Positions 11,701 through 21,683 of a stretch of 64,000 nt of DNA are shown here, in pieces (the stretch's first letter is position 1; each line of letters starts with the position of its first letter). The position numbers were made by a program, and so were the translations under genes. Under the pieces are notes generated by a model. It did not search any database. It was not told where the DNA came from and was given only the letters and a program-made list of their open reading frames with translations. Source of the DNA: a virus (taxonomy: Duplodnaviria; Caudoviricetes); IMG/VR virus record IMGVR_UViG_2795385551_000010, positions 38,919 to 102,918 of that record; one strand, 5' to 3'.

Positions 11701-13621
11701 CAGCCGCAACAGCCGCAGCCGCAAGAATCCCGCCAGCACCTAACACACCCGAAAGGGCACGCAACTTGCCGGTGAAACCCTCACCCTCGCCAACAGCCTT
11801 CGCAACACTCTTGAAGTCCAAATCAATGACGCCGAGCATCGTGTTAAGGCCCTGGAAAACCGGGCTAAGCGTCTTCCACCCAAGAATCGCGTAAGTAATC
11901 GCCGCCGCCAAACCAGGAACACCCGCCAAAAGCTGCGTAAACGTACGCAACACCGGCAAAACAGTCCCAGCCCAAGCCTCAAAACCAGTCTTAACATTGC
12001 GGATCATTCCCCACACATCGCTAAGGACCGGCTTCCAATGCTCCAATTCATTACGGGCATCTAGAAAGAACTTCTTAAGTTTCTCCTGACCCTCCGCAGA
12101 CTTAAGGAATTCGGACAAACGTTTAGTGCCAGACTCCAAATGTGACAACAAACCCTTGCCGCCAGTCCCGACAAACGCCTCACTAATCGTGTTCAAGATA
12201 GAACCGATATTGATAAGCGAATTGCCAAGATCCTTCATTGCCTGCATGCCGCGTTTAATCCAACGATCCAGCGACCCATCCTTAGCGGAACGGTTCGTGA
12301 AAGCCTCAAACCGGCGCATCACATCGCCAAACGCCGTCGACAACTGCGGAAGGAAACGACTACCAACAGCCGCCAACTGCATAAACCCGTCAATCATCGG
12401 CTTAATCGCGCCGTCTAGACGCTTCTGCGCCTCGGCGGTATTACCGAAAATCGACTCGAAAGCATTGACGTTCTTGCCCTGCTTAAGCGACCCCATGGCC
12501 GTTTTCAGATTCGAGTTAATAGCCGACGCAATGCCCGTCAGACCGCGCTCAAGTACCGGCAGCCCGACCTCACCGAGCTGCTTAACCTCGTCACCCAGGC
12601 CCGCGAACAGGCCATCTTGGATCGACTCGCGGACCTTCGTCCACGCCCCCGACATACCCGTCAGCGTGTTGACGAACTCCCGAGCCTGCGGAGACAGGCG
12701 ACCCATCGCCTGCTCCCACTCCTTAAGGGCACCCGACGATTTGCCGGCGTTTTCGGTAGCCGTAGACAATCGATCCATCGCCGCAACAACCGAGTCATTT
12801 CCCTTGACGCCCTTGCGGTTTGCCTCCGCTACGTCCTCGGACAGCCGAACGTTGCGCCGACGAGTCTCCGCAAGGCGCGACTCAGACTTGAGCACAGCGA
12901 GGTTGTCCCGCTGCATCTCAAGCCCGGTCTTGCCCCACGTCTTCGCCTGCTCAGCGCGAGCCTCCTGGACGTTCATCACGGCCTCGGCCTCGTCTAGAGG
13001 CGCGTCCCGCAACTGCGCGTTCAAGTCCTCCAAATTGCGCTTGGCGTCTTTGACAGCCGTGTTCAACTGCCGGGTCGCATCAGCCACATTCCGGTTCGCC
13101 TGCACCTGCTGACGGGCAGCATCCGCAGAATCCTTTTGAACCGCCGAATACGCCTTGAACGCATCCGTGACACCGCGCGTACCGATGACCACCGCACCGA
13201 CGCTCGACGCGACACCCGCGAAAATGCCTGGCAACAACAACGCCGACTGCGACAATTCGACAATCGACGTGTTCAACGCCGCCATCGCAACACCAGCCTG
13301 GTTCAACTGGGCGGCACCAGCCACCATAATGTTGACCTTTAGGCCCTTAAGCATCTCCGTCTTTAGATCCTGATAGACATGCCGGATCTCAGTCAGAGGC
13401 TTCTTCTTGTCGTAATTGATCTTTACCTGTAGATCGAACGGACGACTTTCCGCCAGCTTCCTAGCGGCCTCAATTTCCGCCAATGCCTTAGCCGTCTGAG
13501 CCTTAACCTCAACATCAACCGACTGCTCAACAGTCTTAAGCTGCGCACGCAGCCGAGACCGGAAGTCTTTCAACGATGGGATAATGTGCACGGACGCCTG
13601 CGCGGCAACAAATTCAGCCAC
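8717..13621 (-). CDS. Tape measure protein with NlpC/P60-like peptidase domain
   Basis: 1634 aa after the tail chaperones; GKPYVWGGGSLDGTDCSGL; duplicated GTGTSDSMLARVSNGE repeat. Confidence 0.95.
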   Translation of the reverse strand: MAEFVAAQASVHIIPSLKDFRSRLRAQLKTVEQSVDVEVKAQTAKALAEIEAARKLAESRPFDLQVKINYDKKKPLTEIRHVYQDLKTEMLKGLKVNIMVAGAAQLNQAGVAMAALNTSIVELSQSALLLPGIFAGVASSVGAVVIGTRGVTDAFKAYSAVQKDSADAARQQVQANRNVADATRQLNTAVKDAKRNLEDLNAQLRDAPLDEAEAVMNVQEARAEQAKTWGKTGLEMQRDNLAVLKSESRLAETRRRNVRLSEDVAEANRKGVKGNDSVVAAMDRLSTATENAGKSSGALKEWEQAMGRLSPQAREFVNTLTGMSGAWTKVRESIQDGLFAGLGDEVKQLGEVGLPVLERGLTGIASAINSNLKTAMGSLKQGKNVNAFESIFGNTAEAQKRLDGAIKPMIDGFMQLAAVGSRFLPQLSTAFGDVMRRFEAFTNRSAKDGSLDRWIKRGMQAMKDLGNSLINIGSILNTISEAFVGTGGKGLLSHLESGTKRLSEFLKSAEGQEKLKKFFLDARNELEHWKPVLSDVWGMIRNVKTGFEAWAGTVLPVLRTFTQLLAGVPGLAAAITYAILGWKTLSPVFQGLNTMLGVIDLDFKSVAKAVGEGEGFTGKLRALSGVLGAGGILAAAAVAAGGVLYTLAQKQDDAATKTARHADEIRRLRTELTALSGELTQQGLIDKLNAMGDYKQDSGSRGDGININAQAEKVGINRTKLGQLFTPNQVDARNAELGRLDKITESALTESEYWKKNHEAYEKIGITSDVLAKALGGDQKAIDKFNAARAAGQIPGGGPTSLHPESYTLADIQQGASRLGKTMLPGLGDQAIASSQVAGAVRHDVGTSADVQSELLKNNAAGGAGAIGLKQGNPFAPYNVTKAYPDPSGNGGVVDLGIPAASIPEALKDQFISATPLAGGGVELRLSQDQFQKWAVGVPQRADGGLLSGPGTGTSDSMLARVSNGEFVIKAASVSKYGSSLMHAINEGKLPRFDQGGEVGPHIVTAPPKPRDDYRFVPPAPAPAKPLPDMSNPGLYDPAKGTYSPLPDGLGDKGQTSGSNVPPVPTVVETRHGMGIAMPGGNQLSQLPGPANEVPQQQAATGLLAQNGQVAIGGKVLPKNIQPLGILEQIGSILVQAIAGFFGLDLSYLNAFRSGLGGLGKSILGQPADPEVAALTDGYQNPLPTSQSALTGTIGLPGNVSPAAARATQMAESMAGKPYVWGGGSLDGTDCSGLVMYIADAWNGKQFSGRSGGTGTEASTLQAKGAVLINSPGEAPAGTLRIGWNGSHTAGTLPDGRNFEASTEGKPIALGAGASGYSSSQFTNWAYFPNGYASGGLLAGAGTGTSDSMLARVSNGEYIVKAKSVSKYGTGLMHAINEGRLPGFDEGGPILIPGFTAPAPQTQQPMPDPAGAQAQQAQQSSQAQAQSQTDSQIAAQSSGTTPQTDTAMKSVGDAMSGIGSALQGGGGGASPGADAPEGATPEQDPRSILGAAPTNQDHNAPWLSKGIQGAASTIGSAMSMAISAAASAGSFGAGGAAGSAAGSAAAAGAQIAGQVASGAANILSSLMVGTLTQGTTQGAYGAPVLPGPPQSSGSGGGPAVVNNYGDIHTANYDEFYKGQQRRDAQQQAPILPMR

Positions 13622-13641
13622 AATCAGCCCCCAATATTAAG

Positions 13642-14157
13642 TTATAGGTAATTCCATTCAGCGGCCTTCTGACCACGCGCAAGCGCAGCCTCAATACCGC
13701 TTTCCTGCTTAGCCGCTTTTCGCTTCTTACGTTCTTTCTCGGCCGGAATAACCGGACGCGGGTAGAACTTCACCTTGTCGTCACGAGCCCTACTCGCAAT
13801 CAACTGGTCAGCGATATTCGTCAAAGCATCAATCTCGGCAGTCCACCCAAACAACGGGGGTGCCTTAAACTCCCACTCGGAATCCGGAGCGGAAGCCTGC
13901 AATTCGATCACGTCAGGATCAGTCAACGCCGCCGACTGGCAATACGAGCCACGCACAGAGCTGCACGTCTCATAGAAGCGAATAAACTGATCCCAGTCAC
14001 GCCGAGACGCAAAATCAGGCTTACTAGCCCGACACTGCACACAACGGCACGGAGCCGCAAAGTAGTCCAAAGCATTGACGCCGAGTAGGGATTGAAAGTC
14101 CCACTCGATAGCGCGCCAATACTTCCCAACCAACTCAGCGACAATAACTATTTTCCC
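13642..14157 (-). CDS. Tail assembly chaperone, -1 frameshift extension
   Basis: GGGAAAA slippery site at 14151-14157 joins this frame (GKIVIVAELVGKYWR). Confidence 0.85.
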   Translation of the reverse strand, partial: GKIVIVAELVGKYWRAIEWDFQSLLGVNALDYFAAPCRCVQCRASKPDFASRRDWDQFIRFYETCSSVRGSYCQSAALTDPDVIELQASAPDSEWEFKAPPLFGWTAEIDALTNIADQLIASRARDDKVKFYPRPVIPAEKERKKRKAAKQESGIEAALARGQKAAEWNYL

Positions 14158-14471
14158 GCTTTACCGTCACCAAAGAAATGCTCATTGTACTTTTCCATGA
14201 ACTTGTTCCACACCTGAACAGGCTTATCGTTAAACAGCTTCATGGCCTTGTCGTAGTCCTTGCCAAAGATGATCTTTTGTGCCTCATCCTCGGTAACCGC
14301 CTTCAGCAGATCGGACACCTGAGTCTTAGTTGGGCACTCAAGAACAATGTCCTTAGTCAGCGGCAGCGGATCAGGAACACGCACCTCCGCGACAAGCTCA
14401 GCGAAAAAGTCACTAACCGCATCCTCGACAACCTTCAAATCGGCGTCAGAGACAGAGCGACGAGTAGTCAT
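14148..14471 (-). CDS. Tail assembly chaperone
   Basis: Lies between major tail and tape measure; ends GGG AAA TAG. Confidence 0.85.
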   Translation of the reverse strand: MTTRRSVSDADLKVVEDAVSDFFAELVAEVRVPDPLPLTKDIVLECPTKTQVSDLLKAVTEDEAQKIIFGKDYDKAMKLFNDKPVQVWNKFMEKYNEHFFGDGKAGK

Positions 14472-14509
14472 TATTGGTTTCCCCCTATAGATACTTATAA
14501 ATGTGTATA

Positions 14510-14547
14510 AAGAAAGGGGGGAGCAACCCGCTAAGGTCACTCCCCCC
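14510..14547 (-). terminator. Terminator-like hairpin after major tail gene
   Basis: GGGGGGAGTGACC...GGTTGCTCCCCCC then TTTCTTT on the minus strand. Confidence 0.6.
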
Positions 14548-14554
14548 ATCCCCC

Positions 14555-15451
14555 TTAGGTAACGGTGACAGACACAGTGGCCGTCTTATTACCCTTCGAC
14601 GCCGTGATGGTTGCCGCACCAGCCGCAACACCCGTCACCAAGCCCGTAGCCGAAACAGACGCCTTGGTAGGCGCAGACGACACGAACTTGCAATCAGGCG
14701 TGTAGTTGATTCCGTTATCGCCCTGAACCATCAACTGCACCGTGTGCGTAGCACCGGCCGCGACCGTCAAAGCAGGCGACGCAGGAGAGGCCGTCAACGT
14801 AGTCAATGAAGCGGCAAAGCCAGCCTTATCGACAATCGTCCGCCAGCCCGGACCCGCAAAGCCCTGAGCAACCGAGTAACCAACCGTGTCATCACGGAAA
14901 GCCTTCAACGTGGGCTTGTACTCAATCACGTTATCGTCATTGAGCGTCTGGTTATCCAGCTTATCCAGCTTCACCTTAGGCAACAGCCAGTAGCACCAAA
15001 GCTCCTCGTTATTCCGGTCATCCAAACCACACAGAATTGCGCGGTAGTAGATGTTTTTCGGAACCTTAGGAGCCTCCAAAACCACACCACCGAAGGGTGA
15101 CGGCTGAACATCAGAGAAATCCTGAGTCCAGATCAGGCCCAAAACATCGCGATGGTTCTGGAACATCGAGAAATCGAACGTAGTCGTACGCTTAGAAATG
15201 ATCGACCGAATAGGATCAGGCTCGCCGTACGCCTCAATATCCTTAGAATCGAACTCGTTACCAAGCGTCAGACCGGCCTTCTTCTCGAAATGCCCAACAG
15301 ACTTGTAACCGGCAGGGATCGACAGCGAACCGTCCGACGGATCTTCCAGCGTAAGAGCCGGAGTCGTAGAGTACGGAGCAAGGAACACCGCCAAGTTAAG
15401 AGGCGCAATAGCCAAATCGGCCTGCGCATCCTTCAACGTGTAAAAATCCAT
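14555..15451 (-). CDS. Major tail protein with C-terminal Ig-like domain
   Basis: Synteny; C-terminal SSAPTKASVSATGLVTGVAAG Big_2-like repeat. Confidence 0.9.
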   Translation of the reverse strand: MDFYTLKDAQADLAIAPLNLAVFLAPYSTTPALTLEDPSDGSLSIPAGYKSVGHFEKKAGLTLGNEFDSKDIEAYGEPDPIRSIISKRTTTFDFSMFQNHRDVLGLIWTQDFSDVQPSPFGGVVLEAPKVPKNIYYRAILCGLDDRNNEELWCYWLLPKVKLDKLDNQTLNDDNVIEYKPTLKAFRDDTVGYSVAQGFAGPGWRTIVDKAGFAASLTTLTASPASPALTVAAGATHTVQLMVQGDNGINYTPDCKFVSSAPTKASVSATGLVTGVAAGAATITASKGNKTATVSVTVT

Positions 15452-15491
15452 ATTAAGTTTTGCTTCCCTTATTTAGTTATAATGCCGCTGA

Positions 15492-15968
15492 TTACAGGGC
15501 AGCGACTTCCCCCAGATAGTTATTGCGCGAACGCAAACCAACACTCACCTTGAACTGGCAATTGACCACGCGCGTATCCAACTGCTGATTAGGCATCAAC
15601 AACTGCGGCCCCAGAACCTCTTCGACCGTGTGAATCTGCGCCGTAAACCCGTCAGCCATCGTGAACTTGTAGCCCTGCATAGGCAGAAGCACAGCCCGAA
15701 CAACCGACATAACATCCCACGACGTATCACGCGAATTAGTTACCGCCGTCGCCTGAATGAAACACTCATCAAAACAACGCTGCCAATCAACCCTGCCACC
15801 CGGCATCCGAATAAACTTCAACACCGGATCAGGGTGAGTCTGGTCAAGCCAGTCATCAGGAGTCCAACACCCCGACTCAATATCGGGAAACACCTTAGTG
15901 AAAATGTCGATCATCAAGTTTTCGACATTGACAAAGTTATTGTTGAACCAAGCGGGGAGCGTAACCAT
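15492..15968 (-). CDS. Tail terminator protein
   Basis: Synteny before major tail; RMPGG motif. Confidence 0.7.
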   Translation of the reverse strand: MVTLPAWFNNNFVNVENLMIDIFTKVFPDIESGCWTPDDWLDQTHPDPVLKFIRMPGGRVDWQRCFDECFIQATAVTNSRDTSWDVMSVVRAVLLPMQGYKFTMADGFTAQIHTVEEVLGPQLLMPNQQLDTRVVNCQFKVSVGLRSRNNYLGEVAAL

Positions 15969-15982
15969 ACAACCCCCGTTTC

Positions 15983-16378
15983 TTACAGCCTAAGCGAAAG
16001 AGTCGCTTCCCGTAGATCGTTATGAGCCTGGAACTGTTCCTTGGTAGGCGAACCGAAGTTATGTAGAGCGCCGTAATAGAAAGGCATGCCCTTCCACGTC
16101 TTAGCGGCCAACTCGCCACCAACCGTCACCACGCAACCAAGGCGATCAGCCTTATGCCCCATATTGGGGCGCACCTCAACACCACCGGAGCGCGACAGGT
16201 CCCCCGTACGCTTAGCGACTTTCGCCGCATACAAACGCACCACCTCAACACCGATATGACTTAGGTATCCACCAAGGACAGGAGAGGTATTAGCCCACTT
16301 AGCCATGTCCGCGTTGTATGCCGGAATATCGATATCATCGAGAAGAAACCCGCCGCCCGGCCCGAGCTTGCCACCCAT
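15983..16378 (-). CDS. Neck / head-tail connector protein
   Basis: AKRTGDLSRS...YGALHNFG motif; synteny. Confidence 0.65.
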   Translation of the reverse strand: MGGKLGPGGGFLLDDIDIPAYNADMAKWANTSPVLGGYLSHIGVEVVRLYAAKVAKRTGDLSRSGGVEVRPNMGHKADRLGCVVTVGGELAAKTWKGMPFYYGALHNFGSPTKEQFQAHNDLREATLSLRL

Positions 16379-16387
16379 GCCGCCCCC

Positions 16388-16768
16388 TTAGCCGTTAGTC
16401 GACGTGAGCTGATAAACAACGTCCTCATCTAAGAACGTGTCACCGCCGAAAGGCTCCGGCTCATCCCACATCACAGGCCCAACGACGAATGCCTGGCCGT
16501 TGGCCCGCACGAGACGGTCACGAACCTTTACATCCGTGCCCTTACGCACAAACAATGTGGCCGAAATAGAGAACGATTCCCCATGCGCGTCCGCTACCGC
16601 GTTCTGCGTATTCTGGAAATTCGGTCCCCGACTCGACCCCCAACCAATCAAACCTTGAATAGTTCCATAAGGTGTATCCCGGCCATTAGGATTACCGTAC
16701 TTATCCGTCTTGCCGCGATATACGGTAAGAGTCTCAGAAATGGTACGAATCCTCCCAGCCCGGTTCAT
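16388..16768 (-). CDS. Head-to-tail stopper (start either ATG 16768 or ATT 16741)
   Basis: ETLTVYRGKTDKYGNP...DVKVRDRL motif; the longer ORF call overlaps the adaptor gene. Confidence 0.7.
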   Translation of the reverse strand: MNRAGRIRTISETLTVYRGKTDKYGNPNGRDTPYGTIQGLIGWGSSRGPNFQNTQNAVADAHGESFSISATLFVRKGTDVKVRDRLVRANGQAFVVGPVMWDEPEPFGGDTFLDEDVVYQLTSTNG

Positions 16769-17210
16769 CGCGACGGTAATACGGAATAGGATCACCACCC
16801 GATCCATCCTCCAAGAAACCGTCCTTGCCGAACGCAAACGGATCAATAGTTGTATCCGAACGTCCGAACTGCACCGTGAACAAACCACCCCCGCCACGGT
16901 AACGACGCAAAATAGCCAATTCGGCAGGCAGAAAAGCGCCGTCCGGCAGCCTCCCATAGGAAACCGAGAACGGACCCTTAGCCTTAGACACAGCCCTATC
17001 CGGGTTTCGCAGCTCGCGCTTAGCGGCCGACAGAACCACCCACGGAACATCCTCGGGGACGGACGCGGGGTCCGGCCATGACTGACCGGAATACCCCCGC
17101 GCCCACGCAGACACCATGTTCAAAACCAGCTCAGCTTGCGCACGCTGATCCTGAGTGAATGTCACCCCCATCAAGGTTTGCAGGTCATCAACAGACGCCA
17201 ATGCACCCAC
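16734..17210 (-). CDS. Head-to-tail adaptor
   Basis: LASVDDL...RELRNPD...GPFSVSY. Confidence 0.8.
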   Translation of the reverse strand: MGALASVDDLQTLMGVTFTQDQRAQAELVLNMVSAWARGYSGQSWPDPASVPEDVPWVVLSAAKRELRNPDRAVSKAKGPFSVSYGRLPDGAFLPAELAILRRYRGGGGLFTVQFGRSDTTIDPFAFGKDGFLEDGSGGDPIPYYRRDEPGWEDSYHF

Positions 17211-17222
17211 AAGAAACCCCGC

Positions 17223-18407
17223 TTAGACCACAGTCACCGTCGTGGTGGCCGTCACAGCGGCACCACCCTGCGGTGGGTTGTAAGAAGCGGTGATCACAGA
17301 CGTACCCGAAGCGACACCCGTCACCAGGCCACCACCGGCACCAGGACCAGCACCCACGGTCGCCTTAGCCGGAGTGCCCGACACGAACGTGCTCTTGGCC
17401 GTCACATCAACGCCGTTGCTATCCAGCACCTTCAACTGCACGGTCTGGTTAGGACCGGCCGCAGCCGTCACAGTCGCCGTCTGGTTAGGCAACGAAATAC
17501 CCGAAGCCGACAAACGCAACTTCACGCCACGCACGAACCGGCCGTCACGCTCCAAAACCACACGCGAACCGACATACGTGTCCAGCAACGACCGATCGGT
17601 CAAATTCTGGAAATCGTAATCAGCCAACCAGCGGAAAGCCGCATTAGAAGCCGCGTACGTCCCGTAAGCGTTAATGGCAGTAGAGAATGGCTTCTTAGGC
17701 GCACGGTTAATGTAGATGAATGCGTTACGCTGCCACTCGAAAGCCTCATCAGGCTTCAAAGCATTAGAACGCAACACCGGCAGACCGGCCACATTACCGA
17801 TGGTCGCCTGACGCAAAGCATCGGCCTGATCAGCACCCGTCGCGTCGTAACGCCGGAACTGCGGATCTTTCAGCAACGCAGACTCGACAGCCGAACCAAC
17901 GATCATAACGCGGTCGTTGTACTCGACATTCTCGTCATTCAACGCACGCCGAGCGTCAACGAACGCCGGGAACGTATCAGACGGATTGATCCAGAACGTC
18001 TGCTGATAAGGCGCGCTCGAAATCAAGTTGTACAGGTAGTTCTCAATACCGTAAGCGACACCGCCGACCTGCGGAACAATAACCTGCTCAATGAAGTCCT
18101 TGATATCCAAGGTCAACTGCTCATCGGTCAACGACACAGCGTTGTAGATGACGTTATCTAGCGTCACCGGGAAGCTGGTCTCAACCAGGTCATCCATCAC
18201 GACATTTCGAGACGCACCCGTTCCACGGAACTGACGGGTACGCGAATCCATGACCGCACCGACGCGAACGTTAATGGTGTCATTAGCAGAACCACCGAAA
18301 TCACCCAACGCGCTGGTAAGCACGTAATTAGGCAGAACAATCTGCCGACGCAAAACCTTAACGGCGGTCTCAACGACCAGCGACGGCTTGATAAAGATGT
18401 GAGACAA
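17223..18407 (-). CDS. Major capsid protein with C-terminal Ig-like domain
   Basis: SHIFIKPSLVV...DFGGSANDTINVRV resembles mycobacteriophage capsids; TTG start after GGGGGAG. Confidence 0.9.
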   Translation of the reverse strand: MSHIFIKPSLVVETAVKVLRRQIVLPNYVLTSALGDFGGSANDTINVRVGAVMDSRTRQFRGTGASRNVVMDDLVETSFPVTLDNVIYNAVSLTDEQLTLDIKDFIEQVIVPQVGGVAYGIENYLYNLISSAPYQQTFWINPSDTFPAFVDARRALNDENVEYNDRVMIVGSAVESALLKDPQFRRYDATGADQADALRQATIGNVAGLPVLRSNALKPDEAFEWQRNAFIYINRAPKKPFSTAINAYGTYAASNAAFRWLADYDFQNLTDRSLLDTYVGSRVVLERDGRFVRGVKLRLSASGISLPNQTATVTAAAGPNQTVQLKVLDSNGVDVTAKSTFVSGTPAKATVGAGPGAGGGLVTGVASGTSVITASYNPPQGGAAVTATTTVTVV

Positions 18408-18443
18408 AAGTCTCCCCCTATTCAATATTTAGTTGTTTAACAA

Positions 18444-19049
18444 TTAGTACGATGGGAAATTAGAAAAAGAAATCTGCTTCAACAAATCATCAGCAGTAAT
18501 ATCGCCAGGATCAGGAAGCTCACCAGTAGGCGCAACAGGCGTCCGAGTCGGACCCTGCGGAAAACCACCAGGCGACTTAGGCTCCGGGATAACGCCCTTA
18601 AGGGCCTCGATATCAGCAATAATTTCCTCGTCCGAGTCCCCCCGAACACGATCCCAAAGTGCACGCGGCAAGCCATGCTCCTGCGCCAGGTCAAATACCT
18701 GACGGTCCCGCTGCAACTTGGTCAGTTCACCGGCCCTTTCAGACGCCAATTTCTCTGCGTCCTCTAGCCGTTTCTGTAGCTTCTCCGATTCCGACAGCTT
18801 CTCGGTCTCAAAAGCCGCGATCTTGTCCTCAAGGGACTTAATCGTTTCACCATACTTTTTGGCACTCACCTTATCGGCGCGTTCCAACCGCTTCGTCAAG
18901 ATAGCGTCGAGAGCATCCTGCGACGTAATGGCTTTGAACTCGTTACCACCGCTTTCAGACCCCGATCGGCTGCCTGAACCCTCAGCATTATCATTAGCTT
19001 CGCTAGTGGCGACTCCACCATCCGTAGTAGTCACATCAATATCACTCAT
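18444..19049 (-). CDS. Scaffolding protein
   Basis: Acidic coiled coil, ITSQDALDAILTKRLER and RVRGDSDEEI; precedes capsid. Confidence 0.85.
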   Translation of the reverse strand: MSDIDVTTTDGGVATSEANDNAEGSGSRSGSESGGNEFKAITSQDALDAILTKRLERADKVSAKKYGETIKSLEDKIAAFETEKLSESEKLQKRLEDAEKLASERAGELTKLQRDRQVFDLAQEHGLPRALWDRVRGDSDEEIIADIEALKGVIPEPKSPGGFPQGPTRTPVAPTGELPDPGDITADDLLKQISFSNFPSY

Positions 19050-19107
19050 TAAAGAAATTCCCCCACAAAACAACCGGCCAATATACGAGCGTGGCCGTAA
19101 CGCCCCC

Positions 19108-20202
19108 CTAGACTGCTTCTAGTAAAGAAAGCGAACGATCATAAAACTTGACGTTCGCGGAATTAACATCGAACCCGGCAGAAATAAGCGCCTCCCGGTT
19201 GGCGCGAACCGCAGCAATATCTACTGCTGGCGATCCCTGATACGGTGGAGGCGTAACATAACTCCGCCGAAAGTTCTGCATGGCATCCCGATACTTGCCA
19301 TCCTCGCCCTTACCACCCTTACCGAACTTCTCCCACTGCTTAAGGAAATAGTTCGCACGCTCATCCATCTTGTCGGCTTCCCGAAAGACTGGCCTGAGCT
19401 GGCAGCGGCAATGATCATGGACCTTAACCAAACCATCACCAACGAACGGCCGGTGAGCAACCACCTTGCCATTCCGCCTGATGTCACGGACCACGCTATT
19501 CGAGCGATCAAACGAATTCGCATTCAAATAGACGGCACCCTGTGACGCCAACACCGCACAGAAATAGCACGGATTATCATCCGTCATCCGCGCATAACCG
19601 ATGGCCTTACGTTCCGCCCGCCGCTGAGTCAGATCAACAACAGACGCACCAGACGAATCCGCCTCATTCTCAGCCGCGACCGCACGGTCATACTCGGCTT
19701 CAACTTGCTGCTGGACCTCGCCCCGGCCACCATTCATCGCATGCTTCACGCCCACACCAGTTGTATTCGTGCGGGCCTGAGCCATCACATCGTCGGCAAC
19801 TACCCCTTCTGGGGATGCATCGCCAACCTTTTGCTTAACCGCAATCGGCCCCGTAACACGCATCCCCAACTGAACCTGTTCAGTCGGAAACGCCGTCGTG
19901 ACCTTTTCCAACTCCGGAGCATCCGGAGCCACCGACCACTTAGTCGCCTGCACGTACTCAAACGCCAAATCTTCCGACGCGCGGAACTGTTTCTCAATTT
20001 CCAGCGTGGTAGCGTGCAGCCAGACCGCCGTGGTCTGGTCTAGATTCCTGAAATTCAGGATCGGCCACAAAAGCAACAAACCTGCGGCCGTCTGCGCAGC
20101 AATATTCTGCTGATCCTGCATATGCCGCTGCGCATAAAACGCGGCCAAGTCAGAAAGCGGCTGAAATCGCTTCTGAGCCGCCCCCTGATCCTGTGTAGCC
20201 AC
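19108..20202 (-). CDS. Capsid maturation / MuF-like head protein
   Basis: GYARMTDDNPCYFCAVLASQG...HDHCRC. Confidence 0.8.
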   Translation of the reverse strand: MATQDQGAAQKRFQPLSDLAAFYAQRHMQDQQNIAAQTAAGLLLLWPILNFRNLDQTTAVWLHATTLEIEKQFRASEDLAFEYVQATKWSVAPDAPELEKVTTAFPTEQVQLGMRVTGPIAVKQKVGDASPEGVVADDVMAQARTNTTGVGVKHAMNGGRGEVQQQVEAEYDRAVAAENEADSSGASVVDLTQRRAERKAIGYARMTDDNPCYFCAVLASQGAVYLNANSFDRSNSVVRDIRRNGKVVAHRPFVGDGLVKVHDHCRCQLRPVFREADKMDERANYFLKQWEKFGKGGKGEDGKYRDAMQNFRRSYVTPPPYQGSPAVDIAAVRANREALISAGFDVNSANVKFYDRSLSLLEAV

Positions 20203-20219
20203 TCATAACCCCCAAAGCT

Positions 20220-21683
20220 TTACGCCGCAGCACCGGCAGGCTGAGCCCCCGGAACCCCCTTAATCGACGGATCGGCAGCCGCGCCCTTAGCATTCGGATC
20301 AGTACCCCCGAAATAACGCAACATCATCGTCAAATCGTCGGTATCCATCGCGTGCTCACGCATCTGCTGCAACTTCGCCTCATCAACGCCCGGCACAAAC
20401 TCCCAAAGCTCCTCTTTCGGCATACCCAACATCTGCGCAGCCTTACCCCAAGCATCAACAGCCTGAGCAAGAGAACGAATAGAAGAATCAACCCAACGAA
20501 CCGAAGCCGTAAAATCAGAAGCCGACTCGATATCGCCCTCAACCAACGCCGACAAACGCAACAACTGGTTATGCGACGCACCGAACGTCATCTTCCGCTC
20601 CGCTAGCTTCGCCTCCGTGTTAGCGCGCGCAGAAGCCAATGCCTCCGCAGACAAATTCGCCAACTTTCCCGTCAACACATCAGACGGCAACTGGGCAACA
20701 GCGGCCAACGTCTCAACATGCGCAGTCTTAGACGAAATAAACCCATCCAGCGGCGTCTCATCAAGCGTCCCGAACTTAGCTTGCTCACTCGTATGAGCCA
20801 GAATGTCGTCATTCTCAAGACGACGCTTAAACGCCTCGGCCTCCTCGTCGGTAGCCTCATTCATATCCGTAATACCAGTAGCGGTCTTAACCTTAAACGA
20901 GTTATAGTGCTGCGCATAAAGCAAATCAAGCTCGGTCTTATCGATACGAGTAGCGACCGGAATAAGAGGGCCGACCTCACCACGGGTCTTACCGTCCAAA
21001 TCCATCACATTCATGTACCGAACAACCGGACACACCCCTAGCCCATGCTCAAACACACGCGGAGGCGTCGGAAACTCATTAGGCGACGGCATATCCAGCT
21101 CGTAATAAAGCTGATCCGTCCAGAAACGCACCGTCTTACCGTCTGGCTGCAACGTCAACGCATACTTAGGCCAAGGATCATTAACCGTATCCTCATACAG
21201 CGCGAACAGCCTACGAGGCGAATAAGCGGTCAAAACAGCCTGATTTGAGCCGTCCAACGCTGTGCCCTTCTCAGCCATCGCGAACGCATACCCGTAAGTC
21301 AACGCAGAACGATGCAAACCGATCTGCCGATGCGGCATACCATTCGCCATCCACGTCTGCCACGGACCCTCGGCATTCTCCTTATCGCCTTCACGCCGAT
21401 AACCCGACACATAAAGACACTGCGCGAACGTCGTAACCACCAAACGCAACCAAGGCGTCTTAGACAACCGGAACAAAGCCCGCTTCTCCGGAGACTTAGC
21501 CTGAATACGAGCATAATCCGGCTGATTACCATCCGCCCACGCATCAATAATCTGCAACCGGCCCCGCTCACCATCAAAGGCAGGCCAAACAACATCATGG
21601 ATATACTTAGCAACATCGCCCCCGCCGATACTCGACGGCAAGGTCAAAGTACGAGACGGCAGCTCCATAAGATTAGAACTCAA
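20220..21683 (-). CDS. Portal protein (SPP1 gp6-like)
   Basis: HGLGVCPVVRY, KFGTLDETPL, NLSAEAL. Confidence 0.9.
   Translation of the reverse strand: MSSNLMELPSRTLTLPSSIGGGDVAKYIHDVVWPAFDGERGRLQIIDAWADGNQPDYARIQAKSPEKRALFRLSKTPWLRLVVTTFAQCLYVSGYRREGDKENAEGPWQTWMANGMPHRQIGLHRSALTYGYAFAMAEKGTALDGSNQAVLTAYSPRRLFALYEDTVNDPWPKYALTLQPDGKTVRFWTDQLYYELDMPSPNEFPTPPRVFEHGLGVCPVVRYMNVMDLDGKTRGEVGPLIPVATRIDKTELDLLYAQHYNSFKVKTATGITDMNEATDEEAEAFKRRLENDDILAHTSEQAKFGTLDETPLDGFISSKTAHVETLAAVAQLPSDVLTGKLANLSAEALASARANTEAKLAERKMTFGASHNQLLRLSALVEGDIESASDFTASVRWVDSSIRSLAQAVDAWGKAAQMLGMPKEELWEFVPGVDEAKLQQMREHAMDTDDLTMMLRYFGGTDPNAKGAAADPSIKGVPGAQPAGAAA

Noticed and set aside
14151-14157. Tail chaperone -1 frameshift as a novelty
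   Set aside because: Well-known conserved feature; listed under features only
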